64,000 bases of DNA, taken from Nemertoderma westbladi (lineage: Eukaryota; Animalia; Xenacoelomorpha). The notes under the pieces are model-generated. The model searched no databases and was not told the DNA's origin. It saw nothing but the letters and a program-made list of their open reading frames with translations. The position numbers and the translations under genes were made by a program. This document shows positions 54,201 to 63,882 of the stretch, in pieces (the first letter of the stretch is position 1; every line of letters starts with the position of its first letter). Location: contig JAUCBJ010006456.1 in assembly GCA_032718475.1 (NCBI GenBank), forward strand, positions 22,430-86,429, in the 5' to 3' direction.

Positions 54201-57200
54201 TCCTCTTACTCTCTTTATAATCCCAACTAAACATTAGGTATGAGATATAACCCGTTCCAGTTTATAGCGTGTTATACTCCCTAAAATATCCTTGTTCAAT
54301 AGCCCAAAGCAACAATAGTCTAGTATCCACGTATGGCGTAGACAATCGATCCTCCTCCTCGGGCATTCCTGCGAAATCGCTAATGAGGTCATCCCTTATG
54401 CCGGATCCGATCTTGACGATACTCTTATCAAGTACAACGTCTCGCACGGCCTTTGGCAACAGCCTAGCTTCTATGCTACAAGCCAGGCCCATGGATTTAA
54501 CTATCCATTTTATCATCGTGTGTCTTTGCGTCGTTCCTTCCGGCATAGGCATCTTTCTATCGCTCCTCTGTCGGCTGAAGACATGTAACACTCCATCGAT
54601 AGGGCTCGAATTTGTATGGTCTTTGAAGTGAGGCTTTGCTGATGGCTTCCTCCTTCATTATCATAAAACATATATCCATTCTCCTACGTGTTTGAGTCGT
54701 ACATGTGCGTCCAGTATCATAGCGCGCTGTAACTCATGGTGTTGCGGTATGATGATAGGATATCTGAAGTCAAGTGCAAAGTCAATGTTTTGGAGTCTGG
54801 ACTTGTGACAAAGTAAGCCCCTATAGATAATCGGACTCCAACTCAAAATCGGTGAAGACTTGATCTGTTTACCATGATTGATCGCTGTGAACTCTCGTGC
54901 GAAATATCGCAATTTATAATGTCTGATAATATCAACTTCGCAAAGACCAACTTCCTCTAAGGTAAGTCTTCTAGGAAAGTCGCGTTTGCCTCTGGCATAT
55001 TGTCTCAAACGTTTGAGCCATGCTAACTTGCGGCACGCGTCAGTCCATGATCTAGTTAGGTTTAATATCCTGTCAACGTAAGTGTTAGTGACGTCATCAG
55101 GTAAGGTATAATCGAAATGTGGATACTTGTTCGGACTTGGTAGGCCCACGGGCCTTGCGGTAGGTGTCTCCCTTTGTGTAATAGGTTTGTCTAAGTCCCC
55201 AAGTGATTCAATCTCCACGGTCTTACCTTTACCGTCCGCACTCAGTGAATTGACTGGCAGTAACGGTTTCAACTCTACAGTACTAGTGTGTTCCTGTGAG
55301 CTCGTAAGCTTCCTAACCTTTACAGTTTCCAGTATATTTACGTAATTTACAAACGATTTATTTACTAGTTAACATTAGTGATAACTAATGAATGGAGAAA
55401 TGTTAGAAATAACAAGGTGATAACCGAAGGCAAACCAGCCCTTATATAGCAAATCTGGGACATAGAATCCGCTAGAACCTTCCATAGCATTCCATGGCCT
55501 CACATTGGAGCAATAAGATGTTCTATGCCCTATGATTGGCCCAACTCATCGTTCCACATGTTGTACGCACCTCATTGGCTTATCTAATGTAATCATAGCA
55601 AAATAAAATAGTCCAAAAATGCAAATTCCCGACTGGGATTCGAACTCGTAACCTAGTTGTAATGTTACCAATGCCTTAACCATCTGACCACTGCGCCAAT
55701 AGAGTTACCTATGGGTTTATGTGTACCAATATGAATAGGCATATTACATTACTGTAATTTAATCAAAATGCATCAGATTTTAGAAAGTTTTTACGTTAAG
55801 CTACAAATGCTACCTTATAGTGAAATAATCCATCAATTAAAGTACGTAAAAGCAATAAAATTAAATGAAAAAGTTCTATATTAATTATTAAACGTTCGAT
55901 TTTTACACAAAATCATCATCAGTAATACAAAATTTGGCCTAAATGTTGCTAACTGCAATATTTTAAAAATTTATTAAAATTGGCACCAGAAACACATAAT
56001 TTAAAAGAGGGTAAGTGTGTTAGGGTAGTCGGACAGGGGGCGAAGCGAATGCGGCCCCCTAGAGTAGGGGAGGACGGCGGTACAGCAGGAGGAGAGAGTC
56101 AGGACTGAAGGGAGTAGGTACCGTGCGACAGTACCGGTACAGGAAGTGATACAGGTTGACTACCAGTAAAAGCTATTGACTGAATGCTGTATTGAATACT
56201 GGAATATCTTATAATCATAATCCTATATTATACTGAACTGTTGTTAACCATTATTGTTATTACAACACCACAAGCTAACCGGGCTATGGCTCCTAAATTG
56301 GCAGACTACGTTTCGAAGTTTGATGGTAGAAGCAACCCATGCGTGGGGCTGGAAATTTTTGAAGATACATTCAAAATACTGAAAGTGGAGTCGAAACTCA
56401 GCGAGGATAGCAAAGTAACTTACCTTCGGTTGTCGCTTACAGGTGCAGCACATGACGTAGTCAGCCAGCTGAGGCGACGCAGAGAAAGGGGACTATGCTA
56501 CAGTGAGGAAAACATTAATTCAGGCATTTGCTGATACAGCCTACACTGCATTCGAGAAGTTCAAAAACCGAGTCCTGGTGGGATCGGAGTCAGCGGATAC
56601 ATATTTGGCCGACCTGTGGCGGCTGCTGTCACTGGTAACGGAGGAACTGACGAGTCAGTGCGCTATGGATATACATGCAGTACAGTTCGCAAACGGGCTG
56701 CCTGATAGAGTGCGCAGGGAGGTAAAAGCGATGGCATCAAAGGGGGCGTCGGCGAATTGCTAAATCATGCAAGGAGAATGCTGTCCGAGCAAAGAGTCAA
56801 TGAGCAGATGGGCGCAGCAGGTGCATATCAACGATATCAAGGAGACCAATCGGACTACCGTCGGGGTCGGGGTCGGGGCGGCGCGGGGCAGATGGGGGCG
56901 GACTGGGGGCGAACCCCAAGCAGCTGCTATAACTGTGGGAAACCGGGATATTTTGCGAGGGAATGCCAGTCGGCAGGAGGGTCACCATCAGGGAAGGTGG
57001 TATGCTTTAAATGTGGTAACGCGGGCCACCTAGCTAGGGGTTGTCGAGGCGGCGGAGGCGACCGGGGGGCACCTGGAAGTGTTGGTCCGGAACCGGCGGG
57101 AAACGAGTGCGGTGAGGGCGTTAGTTGACACAGGGTTTACTAGAGGTGTGGTGTCAGCCCCTTGGTGTAAACAGCATAAATTCAGTGTTATGTCGAATCC

Positions 57201-60200
57201 AGGCCAAAGGAGAAACATCACTATGCTAGATGGTGAAGCCCAGGCTAATATTGTTGGAGAAGTTGACCTCACCATAATCGAGGTTGAAGGTCAGCAACAA
57301 CTGGCGAAGTGTAAATTCCTGGTAGTGGAGAAGCTGTTGCGGATCGCGACAATAATTCTTGGGTATGACACAATTAAACGGATTGGGGCAGCGAAGTTAT
57401 CCGGGGTTGTATTTGGAGCAGCTGGGGCGGTGGCGAAGATAGATGAGATAAATACTGGACAAGACATACCAGGCCCGCGGAATATCAATATAGATGAATC
57501 GGATTTCCGAGCCAAATATGACGGGAAACATTGGTCAGTTGAGTGGAAGTGGAAAACGGATGAGGGTCCACCAACACTGAAGAACCATACAACTGAGTAT
57601 AAAATTCGTCCCGAACACCGCGAAATGTATGATACAGCCTTAGATGAATGGATAGACAAAGGCTGGGTTACCACCCAGCCTTTGTCTATGGCAGAGAGCG
57701 ACACGGGAAGGTGCGAGGGACCATCCCATTTATGGGAAAATATGAGCCAAAGAAAAGGCGAATACGCCCGATATTAGACTATCGAGAGTTAAACCAATAT
57801 ATTGAGAATTCACCAGGCCGAGATGCCGCGGCGTGTGGCAAGAAGATGAGAAAATGGCGCCGAATTGGACACAATACGGCCATAGTCGACTTGAAATGGG
57901 CATATATGCAAGTGAATGTTCCAGAATATCTCCAATCTTTCCAAACAGTTGTGATAAGGAGTGTCAGATATGTTGTAACAAAGATGGGGTTCGGACTGGC
58001 AGTAGCACCCAAAGCGATGGACCGGATCGTGGAGACTGTGCTAACATTAGACGATAAAGTTAAGGAGGCAACAGACAACTTCCGGGACGACGTTCATATC
58101 GATAGCAACCAAATATCAGCCGAGGAAGAGCGTAAACATCTCTGGAAATATGGACTTATTACTAAAGAGGCGGAAATGGTTAGGCCTGGGAGTAGCATAC
58201 ATGGTCTGCGAATGGATGCTGATTGTACGCAGACACTGCGATGGAGCAGAGACTCAGAACTGCCTCAAACCATACCGGAGGTTATTGCACGTCGGCTTCT
58301 TCACTCGATATGTGGGAAGCTGCATGGACACTACCCAGTGGCGGGGTGGCTCAGACCATCGTGTGCATGGCTGCAGCGCTGCAGTGCAGGGAAAGCGTGG
58401 GACACAGCTGTAGAGAAGGGGGTCCGAAAAATGTTGAGTGAAACTTTGGCCAGTCTAGAGACCAGCGATCTGGTGACAGGTGACTGGGTAGTCCCGATGA
58501 CGACACACGGTGAGGTATGGTCGGACGCTAGCTCTATAGCAAAGGGTGTGGTGATAAAAATCGGAGGTGTGATAGTGGAAGATGCGGCCTGGCTGCGAAA
58601 ACCTAATGACACTAGCCACATAAACGTAGCAGAACTCGATGCCGTTGTGGAGGGGATAAACCTAGCCATCGATTGGGGGTTGGTAGATATCGACTTATAT
58701 GTGGATTCTGTAACTGCTGGAAGTTGGTTGAAAGCAGTGATAAACGACTCACATAGGATCCACACAAAAGGGCAAGCGTGAAAGTTAGTGGCAAGGCGAC
58801 TTGATCTGATAGGAAACATGATCGAGCAATATAAACTCACTATTCGAGTACATCAAGTTGCATCAGAAAATAATATAGCAGACCCCCTCACGAGAGTTCC
58901 CCAAAAATGGATAAAACTAGAAACTGAAACTAATGAGGGGGGCAATGTTATAGCAGCGACAACGACCGTATCCGAGAATACTAACCCAGAAAACAGACAA
59001 ATAGAGCGAGTTAGAGAAATCCACAATATTTTCCACCCAGGGGTGGAACGAACCGCTGAACTCTGCCAGAACGACCGTGAAATAAAAAATATAGTGCCGA
59101 AAAAACTCATTGAGAAGGTGTGCCACGAATGTGAACAGTGTATTAGCATCGATCCCAGTCCATTACCATGGGAACCAGGAACTAGTAAGGTTAATCAACT
59201 GTGGGGGCGACTTTCAAGCAATTTCACAGACTATGGAAACAGAAAGTATTTAACGATATTAGATTGTGCAACCAACTACACTGTATGTCGACGAGCAGCC
59301 AATCAGAAAGCGTCAACTGTTGTTCTGGAACTGCAGCAGCTGTTCATCGAATTCGGTCCGCCAGACGAATTCTTGGCAGACCATGGCCCAGCATATTGGA
59401 GCCGTGAAGTCCAAGAATTTCACGAGAAGTGGGAGGTAAAACTAAAGTACGTCTGTGCCTATTGACCACAAGGTAATCCTGTGGAAAGAGTTCATAGGAC
59501 TATAAAGAAAAGGGCTGCTCGATCTGGGAAAACATTGGAGCAGGCCACATTCTGGTACAATCAAACGAAGGGGCGGGGCCAATAACGTTGTCCGGCCAGC
59601 CAGTGCTTCCAGGGGCTGGCACAACGCCATATGAAACTACCGGGGGTAACTGCTCTTTCCCCAGAGCAGGACGAACTCAAACATCCAGGAAAAACGTTCG
59701 CGTTCCCACATTCTACTATAGAGAAGGGTGACATGGTTTACGTAAAACCTGGCCAGCACGTCCGATGCACTCAAAAATGGAGGGGACCGGTTCAGGTAGA
59801 TGCAGTTGACAGTTATGGTGAAGGGGGTGCGGCGACACCTAAACGATGTACGGAAGGTGCCCAGCCGGACAAGGGAAGGATAAGGGGCATGAAACTGAAA
59901 GTTCTAAAAAGCCTGAAATAAGTAACTCCGAAACTGAAAGTTCTGAGAACTCTGAAACTGATGATACTGATAGTAATATCAGCGATGATTGCGATCTGGG
60001 GCCGATTGTGACACGTATTGGTAGAGAAATACGGGCTCCGCGATATTATGGTTTCGATGTTGACTGACGTGGTGTTCTGGGGTTAGGACACCGATCGCCG
60101 ATATGGACGATGAGATAATAATTACTACGACTCGGTTATATAATTTAGTTCATATTTAATATTATTTTAATTTAATATAGTTATCGCGCTTGCCTTTACT

Positions 60201-63200
60201 TTCATCCTTTCATTGAGTTTCCCTAAAATAATAGATGGATATTTTTTTTCTAGAGGATGATGATGGCGACAATATTCAGACACCACTGTAAACTGGAACT
60301 ATAGGCCTATTTTTGGACAAATAGCCAGCATTGATTCACATATTGACTTCCACCAGGCTGAGTGATAGAGGGTAGTCACTAGCTGGCAGTTCGTTGTAAT
60401 CATAATTCCTGACACTGGCAGAGGGAGATTCCATCCTTTTTGTCATGTCTTTGGTACCTCCAGGGATTTCACCTTTTATTACAAAGATATGATTTTAACG
60501 CCACCATTTTCTCTGGAACAATACCAAACTGTATGTATTGTTCTTAACTCTATTTTTACAGTACACATTATTCCATGACAGAGGATATCTACTATTAATT
60601 GCACATATTTTACTCAACTGTTCTCAAACTAATATAATAGTAGAATGCAGAAATAGTCCACCAATTAATGATGTTGCCAAATGATAAAATCAGTACAGAT
60701 CAGACACCCGCATTGACTAATGTCCTTAGTTTCCAATGAAACACACATAATAAACAAAGACATTAAAATTTCGAAATAAATTGTTGAACTCACTTGTTTC
60801 TCCTCCAGTGGTTGATAGTGTAGTATCCGGACCAGTTACTTAAAAAAAACAAAATTTATTAAATATTAGTAAATTTTTTTTATGATAAATATTAATTAAT
60901 TAAATTATTAGAAATAATTATTGGTCGAAACATCAGCATAACACTATGATCAGATCGAGGGGGTGGTGTCATATAAAACTGGTCAGATTTACTGATGCAT
61001 TCTGATTTTATGATGTTATCGTAGCATTAAAGGTATGTTAATTTTGGGCAAGGGATTTAGAAACATTGTATTGGAAAAACTTCACTTATTCCGAGATAAG
61101 CTCGATAGTAATTAATCAGCATCGCGTTTCACTTTCATCACGACATCTTTCATCATGTACGGCGACGTTTAAATGGGATGGGATTGTCGTGAGTGTTCAA
61201 TCCAGCTCGTTTCGACGACCTAGTGAACTGTTTATCACACGAACTAAATTCGAACGGGAATTCATCAGGATACAGACAAATTCAGAAGAAAAATCCTAGT
61301 GCAAAAATACAATATATTTGCTCCCAAAAAGTCGATAGGAGACCTATTATTCATATTGGATCCGAAGACTGTTAAAAAGCGCGTTTCAAATAATCTTATA
61401 TACATAAAATTATCTACATCATCTCGATGGGTTGGTCAAACTCAAGCCTTTCCGTGGTATCACAGTTCATTGACGACCACAGTAGAAAACTGAAGTGGCT
61501 TGAATGCCATGGTCAACGACCCCTTTGTCGTTGGGCAGTATTTTATTAATGTCATTGATATGTTAGGCTGAGTCCCTCATATAATTCGAACTGACAGAGT
61601 TACTGAAAACGTGAACATCGAACACAATCAGAGATATTTAAGATTAGAGCACAATAACGAGTTGAACTGCAACAATGCTGCATTTATTTTCTATATGGAC
61701 GCAGTACGAGAAATCGACGGACAGAATCATTTTGGTCAAAATTACCGCAATTGGTCTAAAAATATGGATTACACCATGGAATACTAAATAAACACGGAAG
61801 GGCAAATGTATCATACAATCTTCGTATCATAGCACATCTTGTACATCTTCGTAGCATCTTTGTATCATACGATATCTTACTATTTCATTGCTGGTGGCGA
61901 TGTGAAACCCCAGAACAATGTTTCTCTTTAGAAGACTGTAAAGATATTTTTGTTATCTATCTGTCTATATCAATTACACGTGATATCAATAAACTTGTTA
62001 TAAGTTACAAGTACTTGTTATAAAGTTGATACTATGAAACTGAACAGAAACCGTAATAGGAAAGGGGCACACTACTTTAACCCCCCACCTCCCTTGAACT
62101 CAAAGTAGTAAATATATCAGTTAACGAAGTCGAAGTCGAGGGAAATGACCAAGTGTCAGTGCAAGTCTAAGTGCGATCTGAAACCTGAATATATTCTAAG
62201 TGGTCTGTGCGAAAGTATAATTGTAACCCTTTTACTATAAACAATACTGCCTGCAAACTATTAGCGGCAATTTTTTCTAGGAATAAGGATGAAGCCATCG
62301 CGTGGGGCGAGCCACGGAGTTGGCGGAGCCTTAGCGAACTGACACTGTTAGGGGTGGGGGTGTGGATCAATAATGGTAAATAGTTGTCGTCGTCGTTACC
62401 ATTTTGACATTCTAAATAACTTTGTCGGATTTAAAGATTTAAAGCTGTCGAGTAGAAAATTTGCAGGCATCAATAGAACCAAAAGATGAGATTTTTAGAG
62501 ACTTGGAGAGACTATCAGTTCATCAGTCTCCCGCTAGAGGGCTACATGTCTCAACATCATATGTTATCCAATTTCTTTGCGTTTAATCCATTCAAACTGA
62601 AAAATTGCCAAATTTTTACAAGTGTCAATCAAAGAAGGTGAATCGGTCTGCATTCCCTAGTCAATTGTATGTAAGTATGTATGTAAGTATGTATGTAAGT
62701 ATGTTAGCAAAATGTAAGTGATAACCTTCGCTATTTCCTAATATTGGGTTTGGGTAGTGAGTGAGGGAGATTGAGGGGCGTTAGTGTTGGGCTTGAACTT
62801 TTTATGCTGAAACTTGGAATATAAATACCAGACTACACATACGTGGGGACTACGCGCACAAGTAAGTCCAGAAGAGCCTTTGCGTAGAGGTATATTTAGT
62901 GGGCCTTGTCATTCGCCCCCTAGCGGCAGACAGAGGAACTGTAAAAGTCTGTCTGTGTGTTAGGTTAGAAAAATAAAGTTATATAATAACTTAGAAAAAA
63001 CGTTTTCTAACGTCTTAATCGTTCAAAAAGAACAAGCAAATAAAATTAATCCAAACCCAAACGTTAACGTTATTAGCAGCCGATTCGCCCCCCCCCCCCC
63101 CCCCCCCCCCACCCCTCTCCACTGTATTTTAGTAATCGTCGAACGAAATCCTACGACATTTGGACTCTATGTGAAAAAATTATCGATGAACACTTTCTAA

Positions 63201-63882
63201 CATTAAAAAAAATTTCATAAGCTGGGTTTCATAATTTTCAAGAAAAATAGAAATAGTCCCAGGGCCAAATTGCAAAATTTTTGTTATTTTAAAAACTAAT
63301 AGTGTGGCGTTGTTATCTAGCTCTGGTAGGTTTTGAAGACGCTGAATCGAATGGGATTATATTCCATACCTAAAAATTAAGCGGTATGATATTTTTCGTG
63401 GACATAAGAAGTGGGCGTGGCACTTCAAGTTTTGAAAAATATCAACTAAAATATCGGAACATACCAACATGTTTTGATTTCAGCGCATTTTTCTAGGTTT
63501 TCTGAGTCGTTGATTCAAAACTAAAAACAAGTCTAGCTAGTGGCAGCTAATATTTAATATAATGTGCATTATATACCATTACTACCGTATACATAAAATT
63601 ACAAAATTACTTATACCTGACACACGTGTGGCTGGTTTTAAGATAGATGAGAAATTTTTTGAAAATAACATATTTATATTACCTGGACATCCTGTTGCAC
63701 AGTATCCCCAATCTTCATCCGGACCCCCCCAGTATGAGCCACTTGCAGCACTAATTAAGGTAATAGCACACCAATATTTATCCGTTTCATATTCATAAAG
63801 ACATTCTTCAGTGTCTGCTTCACTGGCAGGGTCAGCTTTGAATGGAAATGGCAATAATGCCCACCCTCTGTCATACAAGCGA
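20398..63882 (-). CDS. Multi-exon host gene: membrane-tethered mucin-like protein (FN2 - Thr-rich micro-exon stalk - EGF - cbEGF - SEA-like - hydrophobic tail); 5' end outside window
   Basis: Chain of mostly GT-AG, phase-1 exons: 63683-63882, 60794-60838, 49182-49223, 49030-49071, 48878-48919, 47988-48029, 46704-46754, 46280-46330, 42240-42289, 41905-41946, six in 40295-41149, ten in 36538-38132, 35116-35154, 33593-33637, 29679-29816, 29017-29145, 20398-21242. Confidence 0.8.
22966..23163. mobile_element. Small putative MITE
   Basis: Inverted ends AAGACCGTTAG / CTAACGGTCTT. Confidence 0.4.
23430..25478 (+). mobile_element. RTE-like LINE fragment: AP endonuclease plus N-terminal RT, frameshifted, 3' truncated
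   Basis: GGIGLL, IVCYSPT, LGDFNA, QIDHIL, S(S)NH; VPVPKKGNL..FRGISL, NQNGFRKGRGT, IFVDFFKAFDSV. Confidence 0.85.
26060..28989 (+). mobile_element. RTE-like LINE (end of endonuclease through RT to 3' tail), interrupted by an LTR fragment
   Basis: GSDHRIV, FVDFKKAFDSI, GVLQGDTLAP, FADDIAL, FQYLGSWI, YGGETW, RRLRF; 3' (AGT)n tail at 28978-28989. Confidence 0.88.
26485..27390 (+). mobile_element. 3' fragment (purine-rich region, structured module, PPT, partial LTR) of an LTR element related to 363-6883
   Basis: AAGATAGCATGGGGGGGAG then TGTAAGCGGATTCAATTCC at 26971 mirrors element 1; 26727-26970 aligns to the reverse complement of 942-1140. Confidence 0.8.
29017..29145 (-). CDS. Calcium-binding EGF exon of the mucin-like gene
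   Basis: DIDECSENTHDCNTTSTDCRNTAGGYICDCKTGYIRFDSNNCQ; 129 bp, AG/GT, phase 1-1. Confidence 0.9.
29679..29816 (-). CDS. EGF-like exon of the mucin-like gene
   Basis: VSICDTTQNNCDASTTTCSLDNNNPGSFSCICLPGNKEHDETTCE; 138 bp, AG/GT, phase 1-1 (absent from the ORF track). Confidence 0.88.
29900..30210 (+). pseudogene. LTR-retrotransposon integrase C-terminal relic
   Basis: YYKR..NWKGPATVLGCDAQMVLVKHGGQYLRVHPCHL. Confidence 0.5.
31063..31500 (-). pseudogene. LINE ORF1-like relic (coiled coil plus IHRLG motif)
   Basis: Coiled-coil LKVENVALKSENDEL followed by INIIHRLG. Confidence 0.4.
33593..33637 (-). CDS. Thr-rich micro-exon (STEAATTTTDDVTTT)
   Basis: 45 bp, TTTTAG acceptor, GTGAGT donor. Confidence 0.8.
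34047..34115 (-). mobile_element. RTE 3' end with (AGT)n tail
   Basis: Reverse complement of AGTTCGCTCGACCTAGTAGTAGT seen at 28963-28989. Confidence 0.65.
35116..35154 (-). CDS. Micro-exon (STQPDTTTTQAET)
   Basis: 39 bp, AATAG acceptor, GTGAGT donor. Confidence 0.8.
35265..35905 (+). mobile_element. 5'-truncated RTE copy, same family as 28275-28890
   Basis: Near-identical nucleotide and peptide match (FHYLGSWIES, YGGETWTL). Confidence 0.88.
36490..38218 (-). repeat. Tandem array of ~161-bp exon+intron units, ten Thr-rich micro-exons
   Basis: Each unit has an AG acceptor, (GTACAG)AAGCTGCTACAACAACAACCTCAACAACAACTAATGCTCCTACTACAA and a GTTAGT-type donor. Confidence 0.88.
37576..37680. mobile_element. 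MULE-like MITE inserted in one array intron
   Basis: TIRs GGAAGCAGGACAATTCGGTCCC / GGGACCGAATTGTCCTACATCC; 9-bp TSD TTTATGAAT/TATATGAAT. Confidence 0.75.
38220..40227 (-). mobile_element. Gypsy-like LTR retrotransposon relic (integrase) splitting the micro-exon array
   Basis: ORF 38879-39862: STDPAPGF, GRHKNPDKNPVAERAVQELE, ISVGDLVYL; boundaries approximate. Confidence 0.7.
40228..41200 (-). repeat. Tandem array of ~160-bp exon+intron units, six micro-exons (STEAATTTTSTTTNAPTT)
   Basis: Exon low coordinates 40295, 40453, 40614, 40775, 40933, 41096; 51-54 bp each. Confidence 0.88.
41905..41946 (-). CDS. Micro-exon (TMPDTTTTPQYET)
   Basis: 42 bp, AG/GTGAGT. Confidence 0.75.
42724..44472. mobile_element. 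Non-autonomous EnSpm-like element (CCC..GGG)
   Basis: TIRs CCCAGTTAAACATGA / TCATGTTTAACTGGG; 2-bp TSD TT; CATATG-rich subterminal repeats. Confidence 0.8.
44590..45600 (+). pseudogene. Degenerate CR1/L2-like LINE RT fragment
   Basis: AVFIDLQKAFDTIDHKTLIAKLESYGVR, FINDLP, LFADDT, LGVWVDSKL. Confidence 0.75.
46280..46754 (-). CDS. Two 51-bp Thr-rich micro-exons (46704-46754, 46280-46330)
   Basis: TTTTAG acceptors, GTGAGT donors, phase 1-1. Confidence 0.78.
47988..49223 (-). CDS. Four 42-bp micro-exons (47988, 48878, 49030, 49182); last three in a 152-bp tandem unit
   Basis: SSEAATTTTDFPTT x3 and SSHAATTTADVPTT; AG/GTGAGT. Confidence 0.8.
48120..48805. repeat. ~46-bp minisatellite, probably subterminal repeats of a non-autonomous DNA transposon
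   Basis: Unit AATTAACGTAAATCCGTGTTTTACACCCCTTCCCGGATCCA...; ends GGATCCGCGTTTTACACCTACCC. Confidence 0.75.
49242..50857 (-). mobile_element. Probable ~1.6-kb 3' LTR of the BEL-like element
   Basis: Minus strand GCAGGGAAGA (PPT-like) then TGT at 50857; left end TG where the mucin repeat unit breaks; no second copy to confirm. Confidence 0.45.
50960..51660. repeat. Dispersed repeat copy 1 containing a tRNA-like segment; has an extra ~190-bp insert
   Basis: Direct repeat of 55330-55834; minus strand GGCGCAGTGGTCAGATGG...GAGTTCGAATCCC at 51259-51328. Confidence 0.8.
52390..54660 (-). pseudogene. Extra ORF of the BEL-like element: DEDDy 3'-5' exonuclease-like domain plus CCHC zinc knuckle
   Basis: LPKAVRDVVLDKSIVKIGSGIRDDL..YVDTRLL, in frame through one TAA to GYISYLMFSWDYK..W..QYYLAIES; later CTYCNIKGHRASEC. 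Confidence 0.55.
54661..55320 (-). pseudogene. BEL/Pao pol fragment (RNase H-integrase junction)
   Basis: SWTDACRKLAW, SRLQN, YPIIIPQHHELQRAMILDAHVRLKHVG typical of BEL/Pao pol. Confidence 0.7.
55330..55834. repeat. Dispersed repeat copy 2 with tRNA-like segment
   Basis: Direct repeat of 50960-51660 minus the insert. Confidence 0.8.
56016..60110 (+). mobile_element. Gypsy-like LTR retrotransposon, degenerate gag-pro-RT-RH-IN, no recognisable 3' LTR
   Basis: gag from 56286; two CCHC knuckles (CYNCGKPGYFAREC, CFKCGNAGHLARGC); ALVDTG; RPILDYRELN, IVDLKWAYMQV, FRDDV; WSDAS, HINVAELDAV; HPG..CHECEQC, FGPPDEFLADHGP. Confidence 0.88.
60794..60838 (-). CDS. Micro-exon (TGPDTTLSTTGGET)
   Basis: 45 bp, TTTTAAG acceptor, GTGAGT donor; downstream intron resembles that of 35116. 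Confidence 0.75.
61030..61800 (+). pseudogene. Highly degenerate second IS3EU-type transposase
   Basis: FTYSEI, SGYRQIQ, HLDGLVKLKPF, DPFVVGQYF, PHIIRTDRVTENVNIE, LYGRSTRNRRTESFWSK parallel to 18211-19370. Confidence 0.75.
63683..63882 (-). CDS. Fibronectin type II-like exon with an apparent 1-bp deletion
   Basis: ACMTEGGHYCH(F)/PFK...ECLYEYETDKYWCA...DWGYCATGCP; AG at 63883, GT at 63682; length 200 rather than 201. Confidence 0.75.

Noticed and set aside
57098-57104. GGGAAAC slippery site for -1 gag-pol frameshift
   Set aside because: Correctly phased in gag, but the -1 frame hits TGA within a few codons and the protease is in the +1 frame; probably an ancestral site broken by deletion
63617-63631. 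Possible 15-bp micro-exon (TRVS)
   Set aside because: AG/GT and phase fit, but the intron would be only 51 bp and there is no paralogous exon; unsupported without RNA data
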